Below, piece by piece: positions 1 through 9,224 of a stretch of DNA of 64,000 bases. Every line of letters begins with the position of its first letter. Positions within the stretch are counted from its first letter, which is position 1. A program made the position numbers and the translations under genes. Origin of the DNA: Candidatus Babelota bacterium (GTDB lineage Bacteria > Babelota > Babeliae > Babelales > Vermiphilaceae); the NCBI GenBank assembly GCA_035445995.1, contig DAOMRS010000001.1, positions 369,203-433,202 on the forward strand. Direction: 5' to 3'. The notes under the pieces were generated by a model, which was not told the DNA's origin, ran no database searches, and was given only the letters and a program-made list of their open reading frames with translations.

Positions 1-376
1 TTTTTGGCTCTTGTTGTTCTTCTATAGCTACGCCTGCTTCATTGCTTCCACCTAAGAATACCACGCGATCAGCAACTACTGAATGTTTACTACGGTTTTG
101 ACCATTTTGATCTTGCCATGTATCAAGTTTTAAACGGCCTTCTACTAATACCGGACGCCCCTTGCTTAAATATTGGCGGCAACTTTCTGCTTGTGGTCCC
201 CACACGTCAATATCCACAAACAATACTTCTTGCACCATTTCCCCTGTTTGTCTGTTTTTAAATTGGCGATTAGTTGCCAATCCTAAGCGGCATACACCTT
301 GTCCTGATGCAAGTTCTTTGTGCTCGGGATCTCTAGTTAAATTACCGATTAAGATAATACGATTATATCCTGCCAT
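1..376 (-). CDS. ssb: single-stranded DNA-binding protein (partial; C-terminus lies beyond window start)
   Basis: Manual reverse-strand translation from ATG at 376: MAGYNRIILIGNLTRDPEHKELASGQGVCRLGLATNRQFKNRQTGEMVQEVLFVDIDVWGPQAESCRQYLSKGRPVLVEGRLKLDTWQDQNGQNRSKHSVVADRVVFLGG... This is the classic SSB OB-fold signature (IGNLTRDPE, W-G-x-x-AE, KG-x-V-x-VEGRL). It is open to the window edge, so it is absent from the ORF track. Confidence 0.9.
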   Translation of the reverse strand, partial: MAGYNRIILIGNLTRDPEHKELASGQGVCRLGLATNRQFKNRQTGEMVQEVLFVDIDVWGPQAESCRQYLSKGRPVLVEGRLKLDTWQDQNGQNRSKHSVVADRVVFLGGSNEAGVAIEEQQEPK

Positions 377-989
377 GACGTACCTTTCCGGATAACAAAA
401 ATTATAATGCAATAAAAGATTTGTTGATTTTATATAGATTTATAATGATTTATTATTTTTTTGATTAAGTCAATCCTCTACACAGCAAACTAATTTGATT
501 TTTAATTTAATTTTATATTTACTTTTAGTTTTGCGTATATTTTTTCTTTTTTTGAAAGTTTTGCGCTTCCCGCGCAGGGCAAATATATTGCTTGCCCAAT
601 ATATTTGATACAAGGGCAAAAAAGAGAAGAATCTCTTTTTTATCTCTCTTTGCGCTCATACGACAAACTCTCGCCTATATTTTCTGCTCATGTTTTTAAG
701 TTGATCAAATCTATTTTGCTAATTTTAGCCCACTGTATGTTACCGCGCGGCTGCGGATTGTTTCTACGAGCGCGAACGAAACAATACATAAAATAAAGAA
801 TCCGGTAGCGAGCCTTGACCTCGGCCGATAGGCTCGAGGGTCATGCATACGAGCGGGAAAAGGATCAAACAGGCTGTTTGTGTATTTTAGTCCAGACCTT
901 TTGTACAAGCAAAAGGTCTGGTGCCGCCTGCATAAGGCAAATGTACGAAAAAGAAGAAAAATTTATCAAAGTTAGATAGCTATAAGAAT

Positions 990-1373
990 CTACTTTTCTA
1001 AGTTTTTTAAAAACTGTACTATTTCTTGTACTTGCTTTTGCATCCATTCCACACGCTGTTCAAATTGTTGCAATTTAGTACAGCATGCATCTAATTCTTC
1101 TTTTGTTGCACAGGTCCAAAAGCAATTTTTCTTACCTTCTGCATAGGACAGCAGATGCTGCATACTTACTTCTTGCAAATCAGCAACAGACTTAATCAGA
1201 CTGGGCAAATTTTGCAAGACATTACCCAATAATTGTGTATTGTCTTCTTTTAATTTACTGATTGATGGTAATTTTTTTTTTGTAACAACGAAAGGGTTTT
1301 CTATTTGTTCTGCAAATATATAAACAATACCTAACATACCAAGAATAAAAAATAATGTTTTACTACGATGCAT
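990..1373 (-). CDS. hypothetical membrane-anchored protein
   Basis: ORF 990..1421. The likely start is the internal ATG at 1373 (MHRSKTLFFILGMLGIVYIF...), which follows the pgsA stop at 1384 and an AAGGAA-like RBS. It has one N-terminal TM helix and a helical C-terminal part. No family recognised. Confidence 0.55.
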   Translation of the reverse strand: MHRSKTLFFILGMLGIVYIFAEQIENPFVVTKKKLPSISKLKEDNTQLLGNVLQNLPSLIKSVADLQEVSMQHLLSYAEGKKNCFWTCATKEELDACCTKLQQFEQRVEWMQKQVQEIVQFLKNLEK

Positions 1374-1383
1374 ATGATTCCTT

Positions 1384-2019
1384 TTATCGAAATAATACAC
1401 GTGCATAGGCACGAACACCAATAACTACATACTGTACAAATGTTACTGCAACCAATGTAAACAATATACCGAGTGAAGTATAATATGTTTTAATGGGTAC
1501 CCATTTAAAAAAATAACACGCAAATAACCATGTGATAAACCCCATCTGCGCAAAGGTAGTAACTTTACCTAGCAGTGTTGGTTGTACACGTAAGTTACCC
1601 GTACGTGCAAGCACCACAAGTGATCCACCAACTAACAATATTTCTTTAAACAAAACAACCCATACAAACCATACAGGAATTGCAAAAAGTGGCGATTGTA
1701 CAAATGCTAAAGTAAAAAAACAAGACAATAATAAAGCTTTATCAGCTATAGGATCTAGACACGCACCTAAAAACGTGCGTTCATCACGTAATCGTGCTAT
1801 GTACCCATCAAGAAAATCTGACACTGATGCTAACACAAACAACCAAAATGCGACACCCCACTGTTGCATAATCATAGCAACAACAATTATCGGTGTTAAT
1901 ACGATACGCATAAAGGTAACCCAGGTAGCACTAGTGATACGTTTTTGCTCAGCCGGTAACTGGTGTAATAAGCGCAGATTTATACTTTTTATTTTCTTTA
2001 TATCAAATCGTGCCATCAC
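1384..2019 (-). CDS. pgsA: CDP-diacylglycerol--glycerol-3-phosphate 3-phosphatidyltransferase (CDP-alcohol phosphatidyltransferase family)
   Basis: CDP-alcohol phosphatidyltransferase motif DGYIARLRDERTFLGACLDPIADK (D-G-x2-A-R-x8-G-x3-D-x3-D) and a multi-TM profile. Confidence 0.85.
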   Translation of the reverse strand: MMARFDIKKIKSINLRLLHQLPAEQKRITSATWVTFMRIVLTPIIVVAMIMQQWGVAFWLFVLASVSDFLDGYIARLRDERTFLGACLDPIADKALLLSCFFTLAFVQSPLFAIPVWFVWVVLFKEILLVGGSLVVLARTGNLRVQPTLLGKVTTFAQMGFITWLFACYFFKWVPIKTYYTSLGILFTLVAVTFVQYVVIGVRAYARVLFR

Positions 2020-2053
2020 ACCTCAAACATAGCAATTGGTTCACAGATTTTTA

Positions 2054-3124
2054 TTACATGCCGGTGATCACGCCACCACCAAGACATTCATCACCCTTAT
2101 ATAATACTGCAAATTGTCCCGGGGCGATACCTTGATCACGTTCTTGTAAATTTATTGCGGCAGTTCCGTCATTTTTGTATGTCACGGTACCACAATGCAT
2201 ATATGCACCGTGGCGTAACTTGATGTGCAAGGTAGAATCAATAGGTTGTTGACCAGTAGTCCAATTGCAATTGGCAATAGTGAACGATTTACGTTGTTTG
2301 TCGTCTGCATGATAATTACGTGAAATATAGACAATATTATTACGCGGATCTTTATCAACCACATACCACGGCCCACCGGCAAGTCGTAATCCTTGACGTT
2401 GGCCAATAGTATAAAACCAAAAACCTTGGTGTTGTCCCATAACATTACCAGTTTCTACTTCCACCATATTGCCTGGCCGTTCTCCAAGATGATGTTTTAC
2501 AAAATCAGTAAATTTTAACTTGCCCAAAAAACAGATTCCTTGGCTATCTTTACGATCTTTATTAGGTAGATTAAATTGATGCGCTAAGTCACGCACTTCT
2601 GCTTTGTTTAAGTGTCCAATAGGGAATATAATACGTTGCAATTGTTCTTGACTCAAATGGGATAGAAAATACGTTTGATCTTTAATCGCATCAGGTGCTC
2701 TCAGCAAGCGCACGGTACCATCCGACCGTTCTTGGACCTGTGCATAGTGACCGGTTGCTACTTTATCAAATGAAGCATCAATTTTATCCAAAAAGAAGCC
2801 AAATTTTATACGTTGATTACACATAATATCCGGATTTGGTGTACGACCGGCTTTAATTTCGGCAATAGTATACCCTACCACGGTATCGGAGTATTCTTTT
2901 TGTAATGAGATAATCTTGAGAGGTACCCCTAATTGCTCGCACACGGCGCGCACGTAGCTCAAGTCTTGCTCCCATGGGCAATCCCCTAGGTACGCAAGCT
3001 CGTCTTCAAGCCAGATTTTTAGATAAAACGCGGTTACATCATGCCCTTGGGCTTTGAGTAATGCAAGAGCTACGGAGCTATCTACCCCGCCGGAAACCAG
3101 CGCTGCTATTTTTAGTTTTTTCAT
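2054..3124 (-). CDS. mnmA: tRNA-specific 2-thiouridylase MnmA
   Basis: 356 aa. N-terminal PP-loop AALVSGGVDSSVA. Conserved MnmA blocks are present (ATGHYA, KDQTYFL, KDSQGICFLG, GQRQGL). Confidence 0.92.
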   Translation of the reverse strand: MKKLKIAALVSGGVDSSVALALLKAQGHDVTAFYLKIWLEDELAYLGDCPWEQDLSYVRAVCEQLGVPLKIISLQKEYSDTVVGYTIAEIKAGRTPNPDIMCNQRIKFGFFLDKIDASFDKVATGHYAQVQERSDGTVRLLRAPDAIKDQTYFLSHLSQEQLQRIIFPIGHLNKAEVRDLAHQFNLPNKDRKDSQGICFLGKLKFTDFVKHHLGERPGNMVEVETGNVMGQHQGFWFYTIGQRQGLRLAGGPWYVVDKDPRNNIVYISRNYHADDKQRKSFTIANCNWTTGQQPIDSTLHIKLRHGAYMHCGTVTYKNDGTAAINLQERDQGIAPGQFAVLYKGDECLGGGVITGM

Positions 3125-3314
3125 ACTTTCAGTATAACAAATGAGGACAAAACAACTAGGGTATAATAGCCTATAATTGTTACATATAGAATAATTAGTT
3201 GATTATTTCCTCCCAAAACACCTTATTTTAGGGCCATCCATTTGCTAAAAAAACCTGAAAAGATATTATAATGAAGTATTACAAGTCATTTTCACGCTTT
3301 GGGGGTTATTCCGC

Positions 3315-5066
3315 ATGATTCGCAAAAAGTATATACGTATTGTTACTACCCTATTTATTAGTGGGTTTTTGGCTGCCCAAGCTAGTGCTATGGAACAAGG
3401 CGCACAACAGCTTACCAATGCCCAACTCCAGACAATCCAAGCTGAAGCAGCACAGGCTATACAAGAAATGAACCAGAATGGCACAACTATAGAAGCCATT
3501 CTGCAGGAAATGGCACAGGATGAAGCACAGCATGCTGCCCCATTCAACACGGGCATACCGCAGATAGATGAGCTTACGCAACAAGCAGGTATTCTCCTTC
3601 CTGCCATACCCAACTTTGAAAAAGATCGTCAACGTGCACAAAATCAGAATACCGTATTACTTGGTCATCCAAAAGTACCGGTTGCACTGTATAAACGTGA
3701 CCTGTATGAATTACCGTTTTTTGCTGCAGATCTTGCTATTGCGTATGCAGGGTTTCATGTTTATAAACAATACCGCATAGAACACTTGTACAAACTATTG
3801 ACCACCCATACAGAAACAACCATCGAAGAACTTGAAAAAATTCAAAGTCTACAAAAACAAATTGAGAGCAAATCACTTGATGCTGCACAACAAGAAACTA
3901 CTCAAAAAGAGCTTGATACCTTATGGGAAAAATTTGGTGAACAACATGCATATATTGGATACAACCCCTTCAAGCTCGATATGCTCCTGCCACTCATTGG
4001 TACCATGATTGGACATGCTGCAAGCAGTTATGCACAAAGCAAAATTATCCTCAAAAACTCTTTTGTACCGGAAGCGCAATTTGCATACACAAAAAAAGCG
4101 GATGGTAGTTATGAACGTTTTGAACTTGATCGCATGTATACACCAACAATTGATGATTACAAAAAGTTGCTTGATACAAATCAGGGACACAATCATAACG
4201 ATGTTGCAACAGCTCTAAAAACAGCAGCAACATTTTATGGGTACGTAGGATTGTCTTCAGCATTCTGGTCAAAATCACCCCTTGCCGCTATGACCGCTTT
4301 AAAATTTTTTATTATCCCTAATCCGAACACACCAATTACTGACAACATGCCTGACATAGGGCCACTCATACCTGATGAAGCAATAGAAAAAGGTTGGTAT
4401 AAAATTACTGGCCTACCCGACTGGCTTCACACGGTAAAAAATGCACCCGCAACGCGTTATGTAATGGAAGCTATTATCCTCGGACGAATATTAATCCTAA
4501 TCGATCGTGCATATCACGGTGCATGGATAAAACATGTGCAAACAAATACCAATGAATTGATAACTCTATTAAAACAGTATCAGGCAACTCACGAATTATC
4601 CAATAAAAATCCAGACAAACAACATGCACAACAACAACTGAAAGATTTCATTGCAACCGGAACTACCATTACTTCATGGCGCACGGCATGCCAAGATTTA
4701 TTTGTTCATAAAGTTATGGGGCGCGCAAGTGTACAAGTCCGCGTAGTCAGTTGGCTGACTACCGCAATTAGTGCAAGCTTGTTATGGAAAAGCCGCACTC
4801 CTATCAAATTTATATATAATGGTGCAAAAACCGGCATTATTTCAACTGAAGCTCTGCTAATTGGTGGATTAATAACAGCGTATTATGGTGGCGCATTATT
4901 CGGCCCTATAGTAGCTCAATCAGCATACATAGTGTATCAAGATATAAAACATGTTGCACAAAGTATAAAAAATTATGTGTTGAAAAATTGGCAATCAAAA
5001 AAAGAAGATCCGGCAATAGTAGCAACAGATCAAGAAGAAATTAATAACGTATCAGTAACTAATTAA
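3315..5066 (+). CDS. hypothetical secreted/multi-pass membrane protein (Q-rich coiled-coil N-region)
   Basis: 583 aa. Signal-like N-terminus (IVTTLFISGFLAAQASA), a Q/A-rich helical segment, and several hydrophobic segments including C-terminal ones (ALLIGGLITAYYGGALFGPIVA). It is followed 12 bp later by the AAA+ gene. No family recognised. Confidence 0.6.
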   Translation: MIRKKYIRIVTTLFISGFLAAQASAMEQGAQQLTNAQLQTIQAEAAQAIQEMNQNGTTIEAILQEMAQDEAQHAAPFNTGIPQIDELTQQAGILLPAIPNFEKDRQRAQNQNTVLLGHPKVPVALYKRDLYELPFFAADLAIAYAGFHVYKQYRIEHLYKLLTTHTETTIEELEKIQSLQKQIESKSLDAAQQETTQKELDTLWEKFGEQHAYIGYNPFKLDMLLPLIGTMIGHAASSYAQSKIILKNSFVPEAQFAYTKKADGSYERFELDRMYTPTIDDYKKLLDTNQGHNHNDVATALKTAATFYGYVGLSSAFWSKSPLAAMTALKFFIIPNPNTPITDNMPDIGPLIPDEAIEKGWYKITGLPDWLHTVKNAPATRYVMEAIILGRILILIDRAYHGAWIKHVQTNTNELITLLKQYQATHELSNKNPDKQHAQQQLKDFIATGTTITSWRTACQDLFVHKVMGRASVQVRVVSWLTTAISASLLWKSRTPIKFIYNGAKTGIISTEALLIGGLITAYYGGALFGPIVAQSAYIVYQDIKHVAQSIKNYVLKNWQSKKEDPAIVATDQEEINNVSVTN

Positions 5067-5078
5067 GAGGAATATTTT

Positions 5079-6596
5079 ATGAATATACTAAAACAAATAC
5101 ATGCTATATTGCTTGCCATCATGGCATGCCAACCATTTATGGCATTTGGTATGGCCCCAAGTACTTCGGCACCACAGCAACCACAACAAGACATCCCACA
5201 ATTATTACGCTATCTACAATATGGTTTAGACGCTGCAGGTCATGCCGGTGCAACGGTTGTACGAGCAGGTGTGAATGCCGTAGACCTCATTCGCCAAGCC
5301 AACCAAGATCGTGCAGACAAACGTCGCAAAGAACTCATGAACATTATAAGCAACTATCCACCAACAAGTAAAATCAGGCAAGATGCTGAAGCTCAATTAG
5401 ATGCACTGCAAAAACAAGAAGCAGAAACAAACAAAGCACTCAATGATATTCAAGCTGGCGGTGCAAAAACCTTGGTAGATATGGGGCAAGCTGGCGTTGC
5501 AGTATTACGCAAATTTGGTGAAGAAACTGCAGAACGTCAAACTAAAGTACAAGTTGCAGCTGCACAAGGCTACCAGACGCGAAAAGGTATGGTTGAATCA
5601 GTAGAAAAAGTTATGGAAGTATTTACTAATACTAACACGCGTAACAAAGCAGTAGTGTTCTTGACACTCGGTACATTGGGCACCGTTGGTACATTCTATG
5701 GTCTAAAGTTCGGGTTTCAAGTGCTCAATGATTGGTACAACACACCGGAGCTTGCTGAAAAAACTTCACTCCTACCGTGGTACAAAAAATTGTTCGGCAA
5801 AACTACACAATCAGTTGCATTGAGTGATGTAATTTTTAACGCAAAGTTAAAAACAGAAACTGATGAGCTGGCACATATTTTACAAAACACGGTGAACAAC
5901 AATGGCTACTTTGAACATGTATTATTATATGGCGCTCCAGGTACCGGTAAAACATTATTAGCAACTGCTTTAGCAGACAACTGTGGACTTGAATATATCT
6001 ATTTTGCAGCTTCCGCATTTGAAGATCATACAACAGAAGAAGCCGTACGTAAGGTAAAACAACTCTTTAATTTTGCAAAAGCATCACGCAAAAAACTTAT
6101 GATCATTATTGACGAATCAGAGATGATATTCCAAAGTCGTCAATCTGGCATTGCATTGAGTGAAAAAATGAGTGCCGTACGCACAGAAATTATGGGACGT
6201 ATGGGAACGCCACAAAAAGACTTTATGATCATTGCGTTAACTAACCGTCCGGGTGAATTTGATAAAGCTTTTGATAGCCGATTTACCACTCAAATAGAAG
6301 TTAGTGCACCTGCAGCAGAACAACGCAAACAAATACTTGAATTATATATTAATAAATTGCTTGCCAGCCAGGGTGAAACCGACATTAAGCAACACCCATT
6401 ATTCACGCAAGCGTATATTAATCAGATAAATAGTAAATTGAATAACTTTGTTGGTCGTGATATTTTTAACCTAGTTGTTGCAATTCAAAATGCAGTCAAT
6501 GCAACTGAAGATAAAAAAATCACCAAAGATTTGGTTGATCGTATTGTTGAACGTAAAATTGCACAAAAACAAAAAGATCATAAAAATTACGCATAA
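5079..6596 (+). CDS. AAA+ ATPase with N-terminal leader, coiled coil and central TM helix (ATAD3-like architecture)
   Basis: Walker A LLYGAPGTGKTLLA and Walker B LMIIIDESE. The arginine-finger region is FDKAFDSRF. Upstream lie a coiled coil (KRRKELMN...QLDALQKQEAETNKALNDIQ) and a TM segment (AVVFLTLGTLGTVGTFYGLKFGF). Confidence 0.85.
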   Translation: MNILKQIHAILLAIMACQPFMAFGMAPSTSAPQQPQQDIPQLLRYLQYGLDAAGHAGATVVRAGVNAVDLIRQANQDRADKRRKELMNIISNYPPTSKIRQDAEAQLDALQKQEAETNKALNDIQAGGAKTLVDMGQAGVAVLRKFGEETAERQTKVQVAAAQGYQTRKGMVESVEKVMEVFTNTNTRNKAVVFLTLGTLGTVGTFYGLKFGFQVLNDWYNTPELAEKTSLLPWYKKLFGKTTQSVALSDVIFNAKLKTETDELAHILQNTVNNNGYFEHVLLYGAPGTGKTLLATALADNCGLEYIYFAASAFEDHTTEEAVRKVKQLFNFAKASRKKLMIIIDESEMIFQSRQSGIALSEKMSAVRTEIMGRMGTPQKDFMIIALTNRPGEFDKAFDSRFTTQIEVSAPAAEQRKQILELYINKLLASQGETDIKQHPLFTQAYINQINSKLNNFVGRDIFNLVVAIQNAVNATEDKKITKDLVDRIVERKIAQKQKDHKNYA

Positions 6597-6620
6597 CTAG
6601 TAATTAAGAAAAGGACTATC

Positions 6621-7355
6621 ATGAAAAAACTAAGTCTCATACTGTCTCTTCTAGTGAGCTTTCCTGTTAACCTATGGCCAATAGAACCTGTACAAACCAA
6701 AAATGGCATCAATATCAGCATTATCGGTTGCAATAACCCTACTAATAAAATAGTACCACTCCAGGTTGGTGGCTTGCCATTTGAACTTAATGAAAATCTT
6801 ACGGTACAAGACTTTACCGGTCAAGATATATATCCACTAGCAATTACGGTTACCAATACAACTGATAAACCACTGGTATTAATGCCATATTCAACGCGCA
6901 TTCCGCTTATTACCAACAAAGAAGAAATCACTAAGAAATTGCATCACCGAAACTACATAAAACCGCTCTTATTCTGGCTTGGATCCAGAATTATACAGAC
7001 TTTAATTATGGCTCCTATAGTGCTTAACAAGTCATTCAATATGGCTAACAGAGGTATGACACAAGAGGAAATTATGCTAACTCTATCTCAAGATCCAACC
7101 GTTATATTATCAAACCTATTTGATAGAGCAGCACTTTTTGCAACACCGGTATACTGGTGGTACTTGCGTAAATTAAACCAAGCAATTGATGCGGCGATTG
7201 GTCAATACTTGCTCGACAATAATGTAACCATTATGCCCGGTCAAACCATCAAAAAAATACTTGCTTGCAAATATCGCCCCGGAAGCATGCTCAATTTGAA
7301 TTTTTATGATCTATCCGGCCAAGTAGCCGAATCAATTGATCTTGCAATTAACTAA
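6621..7355 (+). CDS. hypothetical secreted protein
   Basis: 244 aa with signal peptide MKKLSLILSLLVSFPVNLW. It is the third gene of the same-strand cluster and is followed by a terminator hairpin. Confidence 0.6.
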   Translation: MKKLSLILSLLVSFPVNLWPIEPVQTKNGINISIIGCNNPTNKIVPLQVGGLPFELNENLTVQDFTGQDIYPLAITVTNTTDKPLVLMPYSTRIPLITNKEEITKKLHHRNYIKPLLFWLGSRIIQTLIMAPIVLNKSFNMANRGMTQEEIMLTLSQDPTVILSNLFDRAALFATPVYWWYLRKLNQAIDAAIGQYLLDNNVTIMPGQTIKKILACKYRPGSMLNLNFYDLSGQVAESIDLAIN

Positions 7356-7380
7356 GCTCCTAGTGCTTCTTAAGAATTAA

Positions 7381-7408
7381 AAAAGGCTCCACATGCTGGG
7401 GCCTTTTT
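7381..7408 (+). terminator. Rho-independent terminator
   Basis: AAAAGGCUCC-acaugcu-GGGGCCUUUUU hairpin (6 bp G/C core including one G-U pair, extended by A-U pairs) followed by a T-run, 26 bp after the stop at 7355. Confidence 0.6.
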
Positions 7409-7485
7409 ACTTACATGACAGTATCCTATAATTACGTTATACTAAGCCAAACATCTTAATTTATTGATCTTTTTGGTAGGTACCC

Positions 7486-9141
7486 ATGAGCAAGAATGTA
7501 ATAGAAAAACTTCACCATGCATTTAATGATTATCTTATCACTACATTTGGTATAAACAGTACACGTGCCCAAGCATGCGAATTTACCCTCAATGTTGATG
7601 AAGCACGCCAGCAGTTTGGCGATATTAGTTCTAATGCAGCCATGCTCCTTGCCAAAGAACTCAAACGTGCTCCACGTGATCTTGCTCAAGAAATTGCACA
7701 GAATTTTTCTCATCCTTATATTCAAAAAATAGAACCTGCAGGCCCTGGATTTTTAAATATCTTTTTATCTGTCGAAGCATTGCGTACACTCACCAAAGAA
7801 TTGGCAGAACAAGGGATTGAATTTTTCAAAACTATACCAGCCAAACCACAACATATTAATGTTGAATTTGTGAGTGCTAATCCAACCGGCCCTTTGCATT
7901 TTGGTCATGGGCGCGGAGGCATCATTGGTGATGTACTGAGCAATGTACTCAGATTTTTGGGTAATCAAGTAACTGCAGAATTTTACATAAATGATGCTGG
8001 ATCACAAATTGACAAACTGGGTAATGCATTCAAAATACGTTGTATGCAAGTTGCCGGTCAAGATGTACAGCTGCCAGAAGATGCTTACCATGGCGAATAT
8101 TTAGTAGAGCTTGCCAAAGAATGCATCAAAACACATGGTGCTCAAGTTCTTGAAAAACCTGATGCCTTTTTTGCTGAATATGCAAAAACACATTTACTTG
8201 AACGTATCAAATATACCCTCAACAAATTTGGAATCACGTTTGATAATTACTTCTCGGAAAAAACACTTCATGAACAAGGCCTCATTACTGAAGCACTCGA
8301 AATTGTTAAAAAAAACGGCTACTTATATGAACAAGATGGCGCACTCTGGTTACAATCTACTGCCTTTGGTGATGACAAAGACCGTGTCGTACGCAAAGCA
8401 TCAGGAGAACTTACCTACGTTGCTGCCGATATTGCTTATTTAAAAAACAAAATCGATCGTGGTGCCAACCGTCTTATTATGACGCTCGGTCATGACCATC
8501 ATAGCTATGTAGTACGCTTACATGCTGTACAACAAGCACTTGGGCTTGGGCAATATCCACTTGATATTATTTTGTACCAGCTCGTTAAAATCAACGAAGG
8601 TGGTGAACAAGTACGTATGTCAAAACGTGCCGGCAAAATGGTCACGCTTGATGACGTTATTGATGCGGTCGGTTCTGATGTTGCACGCTTTTTCTTCTTG
8701 AACCGCAAAGCTGATGCACAGCTTGATTTCGATCTCAATCTTGCACTTACCAAAAGTGAAGAAAATCCAGTTTACTACTTACAGTATGCTTATGTACGTA
8801 CCAAAAGTATTTTGGGTAAAGCAGCAGAATTAACTGACCTTGAAACCATTGGCCCAAAAGACAGCCAATACATTGGTCAGGAAGAAAGCTTGCTCATCAA
8901 AAAGATGGTATCGCTCAAAACCCTGCTCGTCGATATTGGACAACAATACAACACGCACACATTAACTTATTTCGCCCTTGAACTCGCCAACCTGTTTCAT
9001 AAATACTATAGCCAGCATCGAGTTATCGATCCGGACAATATTAACAAAAGTCGAGCGCGCCTGTTATTGGTCAAAGAAATACGCAACACCTTTGAGTTGA
9101 TTCTTGATTTGCTGGAGCTGAGCAAACCTGACCGAATGTAA
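7486..9141 (+). CDS. argS: arginine--tRNA ligase
   Basis: 551 aa. Class I HIGH-type motif SANPTGPLHFGHGRGG, KMSK-type MSKRAGK, and a C-terminal DALR anticodon-binding-like region. Confidence 0.93.
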   Translation: MSKNVIEKLHHAFNDYLITTFGINSTRAQACEFTLNVDEARQQFGDISSNAAMLLAKELKRAPRDLAQEIAQNFSHPYIQKIEPAGPGFLNIFLSVEALRTLTKELAEQGIEFFKTIPAKPQHINVEFVSANPTGPLHFGHGRGGIIGDVLSNVLRFLGNQVTAEFYINDAGSQIDKLGNAFKIRCMQVAGQDVQLPEDAYHGEYLVELAKECIKTHGAQVLEKPDAFFAEYAKTHLLERIKYTLNKFGITFDNYFSEKTLHEQGLITEALEIVKKNGYLYEQDGALWLQSTAFGDDKDRVVRKASGELTYVAADIAYLKNKIDRGANRLIMTLGHDHHSYVVRLHAVQQALGLGQYPLDIILYQLVKINEGGEQVRMSKRAGKMVTLDDVIDAVGSDVARFFFLNRKADAQLDFDLNLALTKSEENPVYYLQYAYVRTKSILGKAAELTDLETIGPKDSQYIGQEESLLIKKMVSLKTLLVDIGQQYNTHTLTYFALELANLFHKYYSQHRVIDPDNINKSRARLLLVKEIRNTFELILDLLELSKPDRM

Positions 9142-9224
9142 CTATATACTTTAACTTCATTGATTTCTATCTCCTTAAATTGCTATATTAAAATTATATG
9201 CAGATTCAAAAAAAGGAGATATCT

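Noticed and set aside
395-990. I tested whether the long structured gap encodes tmRNA, RNase P RNA, SRP/4.5S RNA or 5S rRNA.
   Set aside because: Neither strand has a tRNA-like acceptor/T-arm (GGTTCGA...CCA) or a tag ORF, as tmRNA would need. There is no GAGGAAAGUCC / ACAGAA-CCGGCUUA P4 pair for RNase P. There is no GGAAGCAGC helix-8 motif for SRP. There is no helix-I pairing for 5S, despite superficial matches such as CCGGUAGCG and CAUGCAUACGAG. I kept it only as an unclassified candidate.
1532-2032. Large antisense ORFs lie opposite strong genes. Examples are 1532..2032, 3266..3613, 35795..36235, 48740..49132, 50609..50986, 59862..60278 and 63173..63613.
   Set aside because: Each lies entirely inside a confidently identified gene on the other strand. 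Each has low-complexity or odd composition and no recognisable motifs. They are shadow ORFs.
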